Counted from the first letter of the stretch, positions 11,240 through 22,083 are shown. The stretch: DNA of 64,000 bases from Cyanophyceae cyanobacterium (GCA_038321985.1 JBBQFN010000001.1:192001-256000); one strand, 5' to 3'. Program-made: numbers and translations. Notes: generated by a model from the sequence alone, not told the origin.

Positions 11240-11665
11240 ATGGGTAACTCTTTAGAAGAAACCGTGATTTTAGGGTTTGATCCAGGCCGGTTAAAGTGTG
11301 GCATTGCCGTCATGAAAAACAGTCGCCAACTGTTAGTGCATGAAGTGGTTCCGGCGGAAGAGGCGATCGCCGTGATTGAATTGTTCTTTCAACGGTTTGG
11401 GGTTGACCTGCTCGTGATTGGCGATCGCACCACCTCGAAAAAGTGGCAAGAACATATTGCTGAATCTTTGTCTATCCAGTTACCCATCGTCCAAGTGGAT
11501 GAGCGCTACAGCACCTTAGAAGCACGCGATCGCTATTGGGAAATGTATCCGCCTCGGGGATTAACTCGTCTGATTCCCCAAGGGATGCGCCAACCGCCTC
11601 GGGCGATCGATGATATTGTTGCCATTCTCTTAATCGAGAGATATTTAAAAACCAGAGAGAATTAA
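11240..11665 (+). CDS. YqgF/RuvX-like RNase H-fold nuclease
   Basis: LGFDPGRLKCG, VDERYSTLEA, DDIVAILL motifs. Confidence 0.85.
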   Translation: MGNSLEETVILGFDPGRLKCGIAVMKNSRQLLVHEVVPAEEAIAVIELFFQRFGVDLLVIGDRTTSKKWQEHIAESLSIQLPIVQVDERYSTLEARDRYWEMYPPRGLTRLIPQGMRQPPRAIDDIVAILLIERYLKTREN

Positions 11666-11714
11666 GCCTGGGAAGGCAACTGCTTTTTAAGCATTCTTTC
11701 TTGATTTTAAAGCG

Positions 11715-11978
11715 CTATAACTGCGCTCGAATAGTAAACGAATAATCCCCACCCGGTTCGAGTTGATAATCGCATTTTTCTAAAAAACGTCCCAAGGGTT
11801 CTTGAATTAAAGCGCGTCCTTGGGACGGTTCGATCGCCAGTTTACCCACACGAAAACACCACCGAAAATTCCAAATAAAATCCCCGGCGCTGACTTCCCC
11901 TTCCAGGATGCCCCGTTGCCAAGACTGATTCAGCACTCGAACGTGGGCAGTCGTTCTAGGTACACGCTTCCTACTCAC
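11715..11978 (-). CDS. Conserved cyanobacterial small protein (DUF3146-like)
   Basis: PRTTAHVRV...GRALIQEPLGRFLE..DYQLEPGGDY; overlaps the pth stop. Confidence 0.75.
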   Translation of the reverse strand: MSRKRVPRTTAHVRVLNQSWQRGILEGEVSAGDFIWNFRWCFRVGKLAIEPSQGRALIQEPLGRFLEKCDYQLEPGGDYSFTIRAQL

Positions 11979-12610
11979 GGCTTGGTTCCGACAACACTTC
12001 GACTATTGTAAAGACTCATCGCTTTCTCGCAGCCTTCCTTTAGACTGAGTTCGATCGCATCTCGGACTAAGTACATCACCTCAGACAGGATGGGTTTTTC
12101 CTCGGGGGTAAATTTACCCAAGACATGAGAAACCGTATCGGTTTCGGCTTTTCCGTCACCGGGTTTACCGATACCCACCCGTAACCGGGGAAACTCCTGG
12201 GTGCTCAAATGGGCGATCGTGGATTTGATGCCATTGTGACCCCCAGCGGAACCGGAAAGCCTCATCCGCAGGCGTCCCACGGGCAAATCCATATCATCAT
12301 AAACTGTCAGGACCGATTGGGGGGGCAGTTTATACCAATCAGTAACCGCGCGAATCGCTTGTCCGGACCGATTCATATAGGTGAGGGGCTTAAGGAGGTA
12401 AATTTTATGGCCTTTTGGCCCTCGACCCTCGCCAAATAGCCCCTGAAAGCGGCGGTTTTCTGTCAGAGAAATTTGCCAGGACCGGGCAAGCATATCGACG
12501 GCAGCGAACCCGATATTATGGCGGGTTTCATGGTATTTTGCTTCTGGATTTCCCAACCCGACGATCAGTTGGGGAATCACCAGAGGAACGGATGTCTCGC
12601 TTGCTGTCAT
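11975..12610 (-). CDS. pth: Peptidyl-tRNA hydrolase (start taken at MTASET; the ORF extends to 12751)
   Basis: LIVGLGNP, TRHNIGF, KPLTYMNRSG, GSAGGHNG, RLRVGIG. Confidence 0.95.
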   Translation of the reverse strand: MTASETSVPLVIPQLIVGLGNPEAKYHETRHNIGFAAVDMLARSWQISLTENRRFQGLFGEGRGPKGHKIYLLKPLTYMNRSGQAIRAVTDWYKLPPQSVLTVYDDMDLPVGRLRMRLSGSAGGHNGIKSTIAHLSTQEFPRLRVGIGKPGDGKAETDTVSHVLGKFTPEEKPILSEVMYLVRDAIELSLKEGCEKAMSLYNSRSVVGTKP

Positions 12611-12846
12611 GGGAATTTTGGAGTCAGAGGTTAGTTTAGGGTTTAGATTGTAAAGGGTTTTGTGCATTCCCTCATCCTTCGTCCCGTTGCTTGGGATGAT
12701 AACGCACCACTCCTGAGACTGACAGAGGGATAAAATAAGGAATCCCGCCAAGGTAGGGGCTTGGGCTGGATCTGCCCCCCTCCTTCGTGGGATAAATTGA
12801 TAATGAGCAATTAAGCGATCGCATCACCAGAGTGCCAAGGGGGAAC

Positions 12847-13116
12847 TTAGCCTTGTTCAGAGGGATGAATGGCTTCTTCGGGGGACACAGAACTTGCAAT
12901 TTTCTGAGGTTCAGCCGGTTTAGCGGTTTTGGATGCCTCGATTTGATCCGCCTCGCGCTTGATTTCATTTTCAAATTCCCGACTCGCATCCTGGAATCCG
13001 CGAATTGCTTTTCCCATACTGCGACCAATTTCCGGTAACTTTTTGGGTCCAAAGATGAGAAGGGCGATCGTCAGAATCACCATGATTTCGGGCAAACCCA
13101 TACCAAAGATATTCAC
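12847..13116 (-). CDS. tatA: Twin-arginine translocase subunit TatA/E (GTG start at 13116)
   Basis: NIFGMGLPE...LLIFGPKKLPEIGRSMGKAIRGFQ. Confidence 0.93.
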   Translation of the reverse strand: MNIFGMGLPEIMVILTIALLIFGPKKLPEIGRSMGKAIRGFQDASREFENEIKREADQIEASKTAKPAEPQKIASSVSPEEAIHPSEQG

Positions 13117-13178
13117 GCAGACCTCCAACAGACCACTTGTTATTAGTATAGAAAAAAAATCCCGGTCAAACCGGGAAA

Positions 13179-13201
13179 GCAGGGATCCTTAATATCCCTG
13201 C
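13179..13201. terminator. Hairpin downstream of psbH
   Basis: GCAGGGAT-ccttaat-ATCCCTGC. Confidence 0.5.
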
Positions 13202-13222
13202 CTTAGGGGCGATCGCCGTAAG

Positions 13223-13426
13223 TTAGCGCCCGAGGGTGGTCCAATCCACATCGACCCCATTCAGGATCAAGGAAGAGTTGTAGATTTGCAGGATAATCAC
13301 TAAGAACAGGAAAAATAGCAGCATGAAAACGCCCATCAGCGGCGTAGTACCCCAGCCGGGGGAGACTTTACCATATTCTGCATTTAATGGTCTGAGTAGA
13401 TTTCCCAATTTTGTTTGCTGTGCCAT
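13223..13426 (-). CDS. psbH: Photosystem II protein PsbH
   Basis: [21 protein letters not shown]...IILQIYNSS. Confidence 0.97.
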   Translation of the reverse strand: MAQQTKLGNLLRPLNAEYGKVSPGWGTTPLMGVFMLLFFLFLVIILQIYNSSLILNGVDVDWTTLGR

Positions 13427-13508
13427 GCGTCACCTCGTTATTCTGGACGGCGAAAATTAATGTTTTGTAATATTCTATAGGAATCAGACTCATAATTTTA
13501 CTAAAAAT

Positions 13509-13649
13509 ATGGAAAATCTGGAACCGGCAACAGTTCTTAGCATTGGGATAGGTGCGATCCTCGTGGCGATCGCGGCCTTTTCTATCTACACCTCCTTTGG
13601 CCCCCCATCTAAGGAATTGGCCGATCCCTTCGACGATCACGACGATTAA
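13509..13649 (+). CDS. psbN: PsbN (46 aa; too short for the ORF track)
   Basis: Manual translation MENLEPATVLSIGIGAILVAIAAFSIYTSFGPPSKELADPFDDHDD; divergent from psbH. Confidence 0.95.
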   Translation: MENLEPATVLSIGIGAILVAIAAFSIYTSFGPPSKELADPFDDHDD

Positions 13650-13935
13650 ACCCCGGATCCAGCGTCCCCCGGCGCTGGACCTGACTCAATTTAGCCCCTC
13701 AATTTTTTCATCAATGAGACAAGTCAGCGGCGGCAACTGCGATCGCGCAACCGCCATCAAAGTCAGGGAGGCGATCGCTTCGTTTTATTGTCAACCCCTC
13801 AACGTAAACCGATATCGGTCCATCTAAATCATTCGGACCCTAAAATTAATCCGTTAGAGCCTCTTGCTTGAGTTTTCACTTCATTTAGACTGACTAGAGA
13901 GAAACGGTAAATACCCTCTCTTACCCGATTATTCT

Positions 13936-16617
13936 TCACATTTGAATCGGTGAATTGGGAACACAGGGCTGTCTTGCTAAACTGGGTAAATTTCGTCCCG
14001 TACCCCGAGGGGTTCTCGCCACCAGTTCCATTCGTCCTTGAGAATTCATAATCCATCCTTCTGCTTCTACCAATTGCTCTGTCAAAGTTGTTTCAATTGA
14101 AGTGGATGCAGCAGATGTATCGGGAATTCGGCTCTCCTGCCGAGGTAATTTCTCTAACCTTTGCGGTCCTAAATCTATCAAAAGGGCTTCATCGCTAATC
14201 GCTTCCGTCGGATTAGGAGGAAGACCACCCCTCCCCGTTATAATAAACTCACTTTGTTGTTGACCTGAGCGACAGCTAGAATCAATTTGTTGGGCCGGAT
14301 CTGCTAAATTAACCGCTAACTCAACCAATCCGGAGGTCGGGTCAACTTCCGGGGTATTAATTCTAACTGTTCCACTTAGGGATGAATCGGCACCGGTTGC
14401 CGTAATATCACTCGTCAAATCACTGGATTGGATTTTAAATTCTGTTCCAAAAATCCCTTCGGCTTGAATCGTGACAATACCTCCTTGGGATTGCTCCGAG
14501 TTAGCACTGATATCACTATTTTCAAAAGCACCCAGAATCTCCGTATCAAATATGATATTCCCACCTGTGGCGCTCCCTGTGGCGTTGGTTGTAATCTGGC
14601 TGTTGCGGCGCAGGATAGTTGAATTTGCCACAATCGTGATGTTACCTTGGCTACCGGATTCAGTTTCACCCAGCAAACTCGCTTGGTTGTCCAGCAAAAT
14701 CTCACCAGCCGTCACCGTCAGAATCCCGGGAGAAAAAGCGCCTTTAGCGCTAACTCGGATTTGAGACGCATCAGAAAGAGAGACTCGTTCCGCAGTAACG
14801 GTCACATTTCCCGCATTTCCGTTTCCAATGGTTTCCGATGAAATACTAGCACCATTTGAAAGTAATAACTCTCCTGTTTCTACAGTGAGACTTCCGGCAT
14901 TCCCCGTGACTCCAGAATTAACAAATGTCTCTAATTTACTCCCGGTTCCTGAACCGTTGAACCCCCTCAACGTTACGGATTCACTAGCGCGAACTATCAG
15001 ACTACCGGCATTACCTCGGGCATCCGTAGAAGAAGAAATGACGGCTCCATCTGATAGGCTTAAGCGACTTGTATTAATCGTAATTAATCCGGAATCAGCC
15101 AAAATTTCCTGATTGGGAATAACTTCAGTTTGAGTCTCAAGGGAATTTTGAACTTCCATCCCCAAAGAATCCACCGATTCATCCAACTCGCTGGAGGGTT
15201 CAGGTTCTTCATCAAGAGAACCCGAACCCGTCTGGATATAGACACCAAATCCATCCCCATCTACCCCACTCAGGGTTAGGGACTCCCTAGCCTGAATGTT
15301 CAAAATTCCTGCCTGACCTTTGCCAAAGGTTGTAGCCGAAATAATGGCTCCGTCTAAGAGAGTTAATTGACCCGTTTCTAGGTTAACAATCCCAGCATTT
15401 CCAGTGGCATTGGTACGAACTTCTGCAAATAATCCCCCGAATCCATCCGAGGGATCTAACCCGCTAAATTTAATCGATTCAGTTGCCCGAATAGTTAAAT
15501 TTCCTCCATTCCCTTGACCCCGAGTAGAAGAAGAAATTAAGGCTCCACCCAATGTTAAAAATTGGGCTGTTTCTACTTCCAAACTACCCCCATTTCCCGT
15601 AGCACCTGGAAAGACTTCTGCGATCGCCACACTGGGAAACCCTAAGGAATTAGCACCGCTGAATTCCACTTGTTCAGAAGCAAATAAGCGGATATCTTGC
15701 CCCGGTTGATTTCCCAAGGTTAAAGAAATCAGGGCTGACCCTTCCCGCATAAAAAGCGATCGCCCTTGCAAGGCGATCGGACCCCCTCCTTGACCACTGG
15801 TATCTAACGAGGCAGCAGTTAACTTAATATCTCCAAAATTCCCTACCTCTGAATACCCAAACCCCCAGAAAGGGTTTGTAATGCTCAACATAACTTGACT
15901 ATTAGCGCCCACGCTTCCCAGTTCAATCTGTCCCCCAACGGCGGTTAAATTTCCCCCAATTAGCTCAATTTCACCCCCAATTAATGCTAAAGTTTTATCC
16001 TGAACTTGTAAGCCAGCGGGTCTATTTTCACTCACGATAGACCCCCGAACTGGCTCAGTTAAAGTCAGATTATTTCCAGGTCCCTGTACAATAATTTTTC
16101 CTGGATTGGGACCCATTTGTAAACCCACAGGTAGGCTTACTGTTAGCAATGGTACAGTCTCGGTGGGTAAGGTACTAAAAAAGGTTCCATCGGCAAAATT
16201 AAGGCGATCGGCGGTAGAAGCGAGAAAAGAACCCCCCATATTTAATTGGGCATTCGGTCCAAACACAATGCCATTTGGATTCAGGAAAAATAAATTTGCA
16301 GCCCCCTTGACCTGAATCAAACCATCTATATTAGAGATAGAAGAACCTGTAACCCGGCTAAAGATATTTTGAATATCCAGAGGGTTATCAAAAAGAAGTT
16401 GACTATTAGTAGGCAAAGAAAATTCTTGGAAGCTATGAAATATATTGCCTTCCGCTTGAGTTCCTCCTTTGATAATATTCGTGGTTCCCTGACGGATTAC
16501 AGTGGTATTAACAGGTAGGGTAGCATCCGGGATAATTTGAGCTTGTACTTGAGATGCCAAACCAAAAAAAATACAACTCAATAATTTCAATAAATATCTA
16601 CTAATAGGAACACTCAT
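13936..16617 (-). CDS. Filamentous-haemagglutinin N-terminal (TPS secretion domain) beta-helix exoprotein; start uncertain (ORF extends to 16761)
   Basis: Signal peptide ..VQAQIIPDATL; NIFHSFQEFS, SRVTG..SNIDG, NLFFLNPNGIVFGPNA; G-N-A-G repeats; C-terminal FIITGRGGLPPNP and EAEGW. Confidence 0.9.
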   Translation of the reverse strand: MSVPISRYLLKLLSCIFFGLASQVQAQIIPDATLPVNTTVIRQGTTNIIKGGTQAEGNIFHSFQEFSLPTNSQLLFDNPLDIQNIFSRVTGSSISNIDGLIQVKGAANLFFLNPNGIVFGPNAQLNMGGSFLASTADRLNFADGTFFSTLPTETVPLLTVSLPVGLQMGPNPGKIIVQGPGNNLTLTEPVRGSIVSENRPAGLQVQDKTLALIGGEIELIGGNLTAVGGQIELGSVGANSQVMLSITNPFWGFGYSEVGNFGDIKLTAASLDTSGQGGGPIALQGRSLFMREGSALISLTLGNQPGQDIRLFASEQVEFSGANSLGFPSVAIAEVFPGATGNGGSLEVETAQFLTLGGALISSSTRGQGNGGNLTIRATESIKFSGLDPSDGFGGLFAEVRTNATGNAGIVNLETGQLTLLDGAIISATTFGKGQAGILNIQARESLTLSGVDGDGFGVYIQTGSGSLDEEPEPSSELDESVDSLGMEVQNSLETQTEVIPNQEILADSGLITINTSRLSLSDGAVISSSTDARGNAGSLIVRASESVTLRGFNGSGTGSKLETFVNSGVTGNAGSLTVETGELLLSNGASISSETIGNGNAGNVTVTAERVSLSDASQIRVSAKGAFSPGILTVTAGEILLDNQASLLGETESGSQGNITIVANSTILRRNSQITTNATGSATGGNIIFDTEILGAFENSDISANSEQSQGGIVTIQAEGIFGTEFKIQSSDLTSDITATGADSSLSGTVRINTPEVDPTSGLVELAVNLADPAQQIDSSCRSGQQQSEFIITGRGGLPPNPTEAISDEALLIDLGPQRLEKLPRQESRIPDTSAASTSIETTLTEQLVEAEGWIMNSQGRMELVARTPRGTGRNLPSLARQPCVPNSPIQM

Positions 16618-17072
16618 ATGAGGATATTTTCCGCTAAATTTATTCCTATTATTTCGGTGAAACTTTTGTTTGCTGTTCATAGAATTTCCCAGTATAGGTT
16701 TCTCTAACCTGCTCACTTTAGGGAGAGCAATTGCAATTTTGACACCCCTGGAGACAGCCATTGTTCCAGATAATTTTTACTGCTGATTTATAAATTTGAT
16801 GACAGCAGATATTCCTAAAGTCAAAATAACAGTTTTTTGAGCCTCTAAAACAATTTATTTATTCTTCGGTTATTATAGCGGGGGTAGGAAAGCAAAAAAT
16901 GGCGATCGCTGCATTCCCCCTAAATTAATTGAGCAACTCGTCACAGTCAAGCCCTACTTTTTATAATTTATTTATAGCTTTATTGAGCTTTACCTCCTGA
17001 TTAACCCTTTTGTCGTCCCCGTTAAGATGGGCCTTTGCAGCTTTGGCTTGATTCCCAAAATTATAATAAGTT

Positions 17073-17783
17073 TTAGCCTTTATTATAAAGTAGTTGGTGT
17101 TTCTTTTTTAGATAACGAATTAATTTTTCTTGGTTTTCGGGAATTAGGCAGCGGGTGACCATTGAGTTGGCACGGACGCGATAATTAAATAAGACTTCGG
17201 AGATGTGATAAAATTCCCACCCCTTTTCTAGGGCACTTAGCCACAAATCCCAATCTTCAAAGCCTAGTTTATCGGGAATATGGGAGTCATATCCGCCGCA
17301 GTCTTGCCAGAGGGTTTTTCTAAAGACGGCACAGGCATCGATATAATTGCCTTGTAATAATCGAGTTGGATCAAACTCGGGGACTTGCCAAATTCCGGTG
17401 CGATCGCCGATGAATTCCACATCTCCATAGACAACTCCAACGGTAGGAAATTGGTCTAAAATTTCTATGCCTTTGGAAATATAGTCAGGTTTTATTTTAT
17501 TGTCGGCATCTAAGGGTAAAATATACTCACCCTGAGCTACTTTTATGCTGACATTCCGGGCAGTGGCTAACCCTTGATTGGGTTGATGGATGATTTGATA
17601 GCCCTGGTTTTGTAAATAATCCAGCACTTCTAAGGTTAAGGGTTCTGTGGATCCATCATTGACGATGATGAGTTCGATATTTGCCTCGAAACATCCCTCC
17701 ACGCTGGCGATCGCATCAAGGAGATATTCCCCTTGATTGTAACAAGGGATAATCACCGATAGAGCAATTTCTCCTAAAGCCAT
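17073..17783 (-). CDS. Glycosyltransferase family 2
   Basis: SVIIPCYN, VNDGST, LDAD, FEDWDLW. Confidence 0.92.
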   Translation of the reverse strand: MALGEIALSVIIPCYNQGEYLLDAIASVEGCFEANIELIIVNDGSTEPLTLEVLDYLQNQGYQIIHQPNQGLATARNVSIKVAQGEYILPLDADNKIKPDYISKGIEILDQFPTVGVVYGDVEFIGDRTGIWQVPEFDPTRLLQGNYIDACAVFRKTLWQDCGGYDSHIPDKLGFEDWDLWLSALEKGWEFYHISEVLFNYRVRANSMVTRCLIPENQEKLIRYLKKKHQLLYNKG

Positions 17784-17920
17784 TGCTATGATCCACTCCC
17801 TAAAATTTTACCGGGTTTACTCTTCTGTTGCTTCCCACCTGGATTTTTACAGTTCTGGGCAGGGATTTTTCAATTCTGCTAGAATCAGTTGGTCAATTAA
17901 TATGATAAACTTACTCTAAA

Positions 17921-18787
17921 ATGGATACCAATTTTTCGGCCAATTCTCAACCCTTAACAGGTAAAGTGGCAGTAGTGACGGGGGCGAGTCGGGGTGCAGG
18001 GCGAGGGATTGCCCTGGTTTTGGGTGAAGCGGGGGCAACTGTCTATGTGACGGGACGGAGTTTGCGGGGGGAGGCAACAACGGATAATCTGCCCGGGACG
18101 ATTGAGGAGACGGCAGAAGCAGTGACGGCGCGGGGTGGCGTGGGTATTGCGGTCCGGTGTGATATGACGAAAGATGAGCAGGTGGAAGCCTTCTTTAGCC
18201 AGGTACAAAGTGAGGGGCGTTTAGATATTTTGGTGAATAATGCCTGGGGCGGTTATGAAGGCTATGATGGTAATACTTGGGCGGATGGAACGGGGTTTTT
18301 TGCCCCCTTTTGGAAACAATCTTTGCAGCGTTGGGAGGGGATGTTTACGGCAGGTGTGCGATCGCATTTGGTAGCAAGTCGTTGTGCCGTCCCCTTGATG
18401 TTGTCCCAACAGCAAGGATTAATTGTGAATACGATCGCCTGGGACCGGGATAAATACCTGGGGAATCTGTTTTACGATGTGGCAAAACACGCGATCGCTC
18501 GAATGACATGGGCGATGGCGCGAGATTTAGGTGAGTATAAAATTGCCGCAGTGGCACTTGCGCCAGGGTTTATGCGAACGGAACGCGTGCTAGATTCGCA
18601 AGATGTGGATTTGGCACAAACCGAGTCTACAGAGTATATCGGACGGGCGATCGCCGCCCTGGCGACGGACCCCAATGTGCTAGAACTCTCGGGAACTGTG
18701 CAGACGGTGGGGGATTTAGCGGTGGAATATGGGTTTACAGATATCGATGGCCGGCAAATTGCAGCGTTTCGTCTGGAGGACCTGTGA
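17921..18787 (+). CDS. Short-chain dehydrogenase/reductase (DHRS1-like)
   Basis: TGASRGAGRG, LVNNAWGG, YDVAK, PGFMRTE. Confidence 0.92.
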   Translation: MDTNFSANSQPLTGKVAVVTGASRGAGRGIALVLGEAGATVYVTGRSLRGEATTDNLPGTIEETAEAVTARGGVGIAVRCDMTKDEQVEAFFSQVQSEGRLDILVNNAWGGYEGYDGNTWADGTGFFAPFWKQSLQRWEGMFTAGVRSHLVASRCAVPLMLSQQQGLIVNTIAWDRDKYLGNLFYDVAKHAIARMTWAMARDLGEYKIAAVALAPGFMRTERVLDSQDVDLAQTESTEYIGRAIAALATDPNVLELSGTVQTVGDLAVEYGFTDIDGRQIAAFRLEDL

Positions 18788-21051
18788 ATTCTGAATTGGA
18801 TAGCCTGTTAGCGGATGCTTTCGCCTTATATGAGTCGGATTTTTTGACCCTTGCGAAACAAAAGTTCGGCGAAGTTTTAGCTATCAATTGCGATCGCCCT
18901 GAGGCATGGTTTGGGTTGGGAATGGTTTACTATCGACAAGGGCAATATGAAGAAGCCCTCGATCACCTTGATCAGTCTCTGAAGTTAGATGATTCTCAGG
19001 CCACATTCCATTATAGCAGCGGTTTGGTTTTGGCTAAATTGGGTTATCTGGCAGATGCGATTACTGCTTATCAACGGGCGATTAAAATCGAACCTGGTTA
19101 TCTGGATGCCTACTCTCAGTTAGCCAATTCCTGTATAGAAATGGGGGATTTAACCCAAGCGGAAACAGCTTATGGACAAAGAATCATCCTCAGTCCAGAT
19201 TGGCAGAGTTATCTCAGCTTAGGCCATTTATTTATCGCCCAGCAGCGGATTGAGGAGGCGACTTATGCTTATGAAACAGCCCTGGAACTTGAACCCCGTC
19301 ATCCTGAAATTCTCTATCATCTGGGGATTACCTTCTCGGCCAAAAATCATCCTGATGCTGCCTTATTTTTTGGGTTCGCTGCCTACCGTAAACAAGAGTA
19401 TGAAGCGGCCATTTCTCATTATCAACAGTTCCACCACAGCCAAACAGGACCTATTGATTTTTACCTTGCCCTTGCCGACTGTTATCAAACCTTGAATCGA
19501 TGGGAAGAGGCAACGGATACTTATCGGCAAGGGGTTGCAATTTATCCTAAAGCAGTGGAACTGTATTTATCTTTTATCTTATCTTTACAGAATTGGGGTA
19601 AAATTGAAGAAGCGCGACAAGTCGCCGATGAAGGCTTAGCAGTTTTACCCGATTCTTTATCTCTAAAACTAGAAAAAATTAGGCTTTTTCCTCTTTTATA
19701 TCAAAAGTCAGGAGAACTGAAGTTTTATCGAAGCCGGTTTATCCTAGAATTAGATAATTTTATTCAAGATTATTGTTTAAATACAGAATTGTTTCAAAAA
19801 ATAGCTTTAAATGCTATTGCCATTAATACTAACTTTTACCTCCAATATCAAGGTAAAAATGATTTAGAGTTGCAGCAAAAATATGGACAATTCGTGCATC
19901 AAGTGATGGCGGCCAATTATCCCCAGTGGGTAGAACCCTTACCCATGCCAACTCTGAATTCTGGGGAAAGAATTAGAATCGGCTATATTTCTGCTTGTTT
20001 GCAGTGGCATACGGTAGGAATGGTATTTTCAGGATGGCTAGAACATCGCGATCGCCAGGATTTTGAAGTCTATTGTTACGATATCGGACGACAACGCGAT
20101 CGCCTAACGGACTGGTTTCGAGTTAATAGCGACTGCTTTTATTCCATTCCTGATAGTTTAGAAACGGTTTGCCAGCAAATTCAGGGCGATCGCTTGCACA
20201 TTCTCGTCTTTCTGGATATTGGAATGTATGCGCCAATGACCCAATTAGCCAGTTTACGTCTTGCCCCGGTTCAATGTGTCGCTTGGGGACACCCGGTTAC
20301 CTCCGGTTTACCAACCCAGGACTACTTTATTTCCAGCGATTTGATGGAACCGGAAGACGCTGAAAGCCATTATTCAGAACAATTAATTCGTTTACCCAAT
20401 TTGGGGATTTCTTTTTCAAAACCCCTTATTCCTGAAACTAAGAAAACTCGTGCTGATTATGGCATTCCCGATAATGCTGTGATGTATTTTTCCTGCCAAT
20501 CCTTATTTAAATATTTGCCACAATATGATCCAACCTTCGCAGCTATAGCCCAGCAAGTACCAGGTGCTAAATTTGTTTTTATCGGTCATAAAAATCCCCC
20601 TATTACGGAACAATTTTGCCAGAGGCTTGATGCTGCCTTTGCTGAAGAGGGATTAAACTATCAAGCATTTTGTATAATCCTGCCTCGACAGAGCAAGCAA
20701 GACTATTGGAACCTCCTATCAATAGCGGATATCGGGTTAGATACCTTTGGATTTACGGGCTTTTTAACGACCTTAGAAGCATTAGCCGTTAATTTGCCCC
20801 TGGTTACCCATAAAGGAGATTTGATGCGGAGTCGTCAATCAGCGGGAATATTGATAAGAGTGGGAGTAACCGAAACGATTGCCCAAAATCAGGAACACTA
20901 TATTAAAATAGCCGTTAAGTTAGGATTAAATCCAGAGTGGAGAGAAGCGATCGCCACTAAAATTAACCAGGGCCATGAGTGGTTATATCAGGATAACAGC
21001 AGCGTAAAAGCATTAGAAGACTTTTATCGGGGAATTGTCTGTAGAAAATGA
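18784..21051 (+). CDS. TPR-repeat GT41 (O-GlcNAc transferase/SPINDLY/HMW1C-like) glycosyltransferase
   Basis: N-terminal TPRs; RIRIGYIS, HTVG, RLAPVQ..WGHPVTSG, QSLFKYLP, LDTF...TTLEAL; GTGA overlap with the SDR stop. Confidence 0.88.
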   Translation: MNSELDSLLADAFALYESDFLTLAKQKFGEVLAINCDRPEAWFGLGMVYYRQGQYEEALDHLDQSLKLDDSQATFHYSSGLVLAKLGYLADAITAYQRAIKIEPGYLDAYSQLANSCIEMGDLTQAETAYGQRIILSPDWQSYLSLGHLFIAQQRIEEATYAYETALELEPRHPEILYHLGITFSAKNHPDAALFFGFAAYRKQEYEAAISHYQQFHHSQTGPIDFYLALADCYQTLNRWEEATDTYRQGVAIYPKAVELYLSFILSLQNWGKIEEARQVADEGLAVLPDSLSLKLEKIRLFPLLYQKSGELKFYRSRFILELDNFIQDYCLNTELFQKIALNAIAINTNFYLQYQGKNDLELQQKYGQFVHQVMAANYPQWVEPLPMPTLNSGERIRIGYISACLQWHTVGMVFSGWLEHRDRQDFEVYCYDIGRQRDRLTDWFRVNSDCFYSIPDSLETVCQQIQGDRLHILVFLDIGMYAPMTQLASLRLAPVQCVAWGHPVTSGLPTQDYFISSDLMEPEDAESHYSEQLIRLPNLGISFSKPLIPETKKTRADYGIPDNAVMYFSCQSLFKYLPQYDPTFAAIAQQVPGAKFVFIGHKNPPITEQFCQRLDAAFAEEGLNYQAFCIILPRQSKQDYWNLLSIADIGLDTFGFTGFLTTLEALAVNLPLVTHKGDLMRSRQSAGILIRVGVTETIAQNQEHYIKIAVKLGLNPEWREAIATKINQGHEWLYQDNSSVKALEDFYRGIVCRK

Positions 21052-21144
21052 TTAAAATGACAGAAACAGAATCCCTTTAACTCCCGTCCCCTAATCTATT
21101 AATTCGGTGCATCCCTTATTATTTCACCCATTCACAGAAACCAA

Positions 21145-22083
21145 ATGTTCGCACCTAAACTCGCATTATTGACTCTTTCAGCGATCGTCTTGTCGATCAC
21201 CCAAGTTCACGCACATAACACTGTAGATCGGGAAATCGGATCGTACCTCGAACAATTCAAAACCGAAAAAGGAGCCAACCGTCGGGAAGCTGTTAAAGGA
21301 TTGCGGCAGATTGGGACTCCCGCCGTGCCCCTATTGATGACAGCATTGCAAGATGCTGATGTGGGAGTCAGGGGGGGTGCCGCATTTGCCTTGGGTTCCA
21401 TGGGTTCTGAGGCACAAACAGCCATTCCCAGCCTGATTGCTGCCTTAAATGACTCCGAAGAGTCTGTGCGTCTGGATGCGGCAGTAGCACTCAGAAGAAT
21501 CGGCACCCCTGGGGTTGAGGCACTTGCCGTTGCTTTGCAACACCGGGAGATAGAAGTCCGTCGGGGTGCTGCCTTTGCCTTGGCGGGAATCGGTGCAACC
21601 GCAGAACCGGCGATCGCCCCTTTACTCGCTGCCTTACAGGATCCCGATCAGCGCCTCGCCTGGAATGCTGCCGTTGCCTTACGCGCAGTCGGGTCCCCGG
21701 CAGTCCCCGCACTCACTCAGGCCCTAACTGATCAGAATCCACAAGTCCGGGGTGCCGCTGCCTTTGCCTTGGGGAACCCCACTTCACCAACCCCCGGCAA
21801 CCTCTCCCCAGTGGCACAAAAGGATGGAGAAATCCCAGAAATTTGCCGAATGCTGCCCAATCCGCTATCACCGGATTTTAAACCCTGTGAGGCAAATCCG
21901 ACTCAGAATGAAAGTCCCCAGGAATTGCGTCAGAATCCGGAGTCAGTCACTCCAAATCCCTGTGGATTTGCACCCAATCCTTGTGGAATCATGCCGAACT
22001 CCGATGAGTTAAATCCCAATCCCTGCGAGATGATACCGAGTCAGGTTGATGCCAGCAAAGGGCGATCGCGCCGACTGATGTAA
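21145..22083 (+). CDS. Exported HEAT (PBS-lyase-like) repeat protein with a Cys/Pro/Asn-rich tail
   Basis: Signal peptide; repeats of L.D....VR..AA.AL; C-terminal PNPC x3. Confidence 0.8.
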   Translation: MFAPKLALLTLSAIVLSITQVHAHNTVDREIGSYLEQFKTEKGANRREAVKGLRQIGTPAVPLLMTALQDADVGVRGGAAFALGSMGSEAQTAIPSLIAALNDSEESVRLDAAVALRRIGTPGVEALAVALQHREIEVRRGAAFALAGIGATAEPAIAPLLAALQDPDQRLAWNAAVALRAVGSPAVPALTQALTDQNPQVRGAAAFALGNPTSPTPGNLSPVAQKDGEIPEICRMLPNPLSPDFKPCEANPTQNESPQELRQNPESVTPNPCGFAPNPCGIMPNSDELNPNPCEMIPSQVDASKGRSRRLM

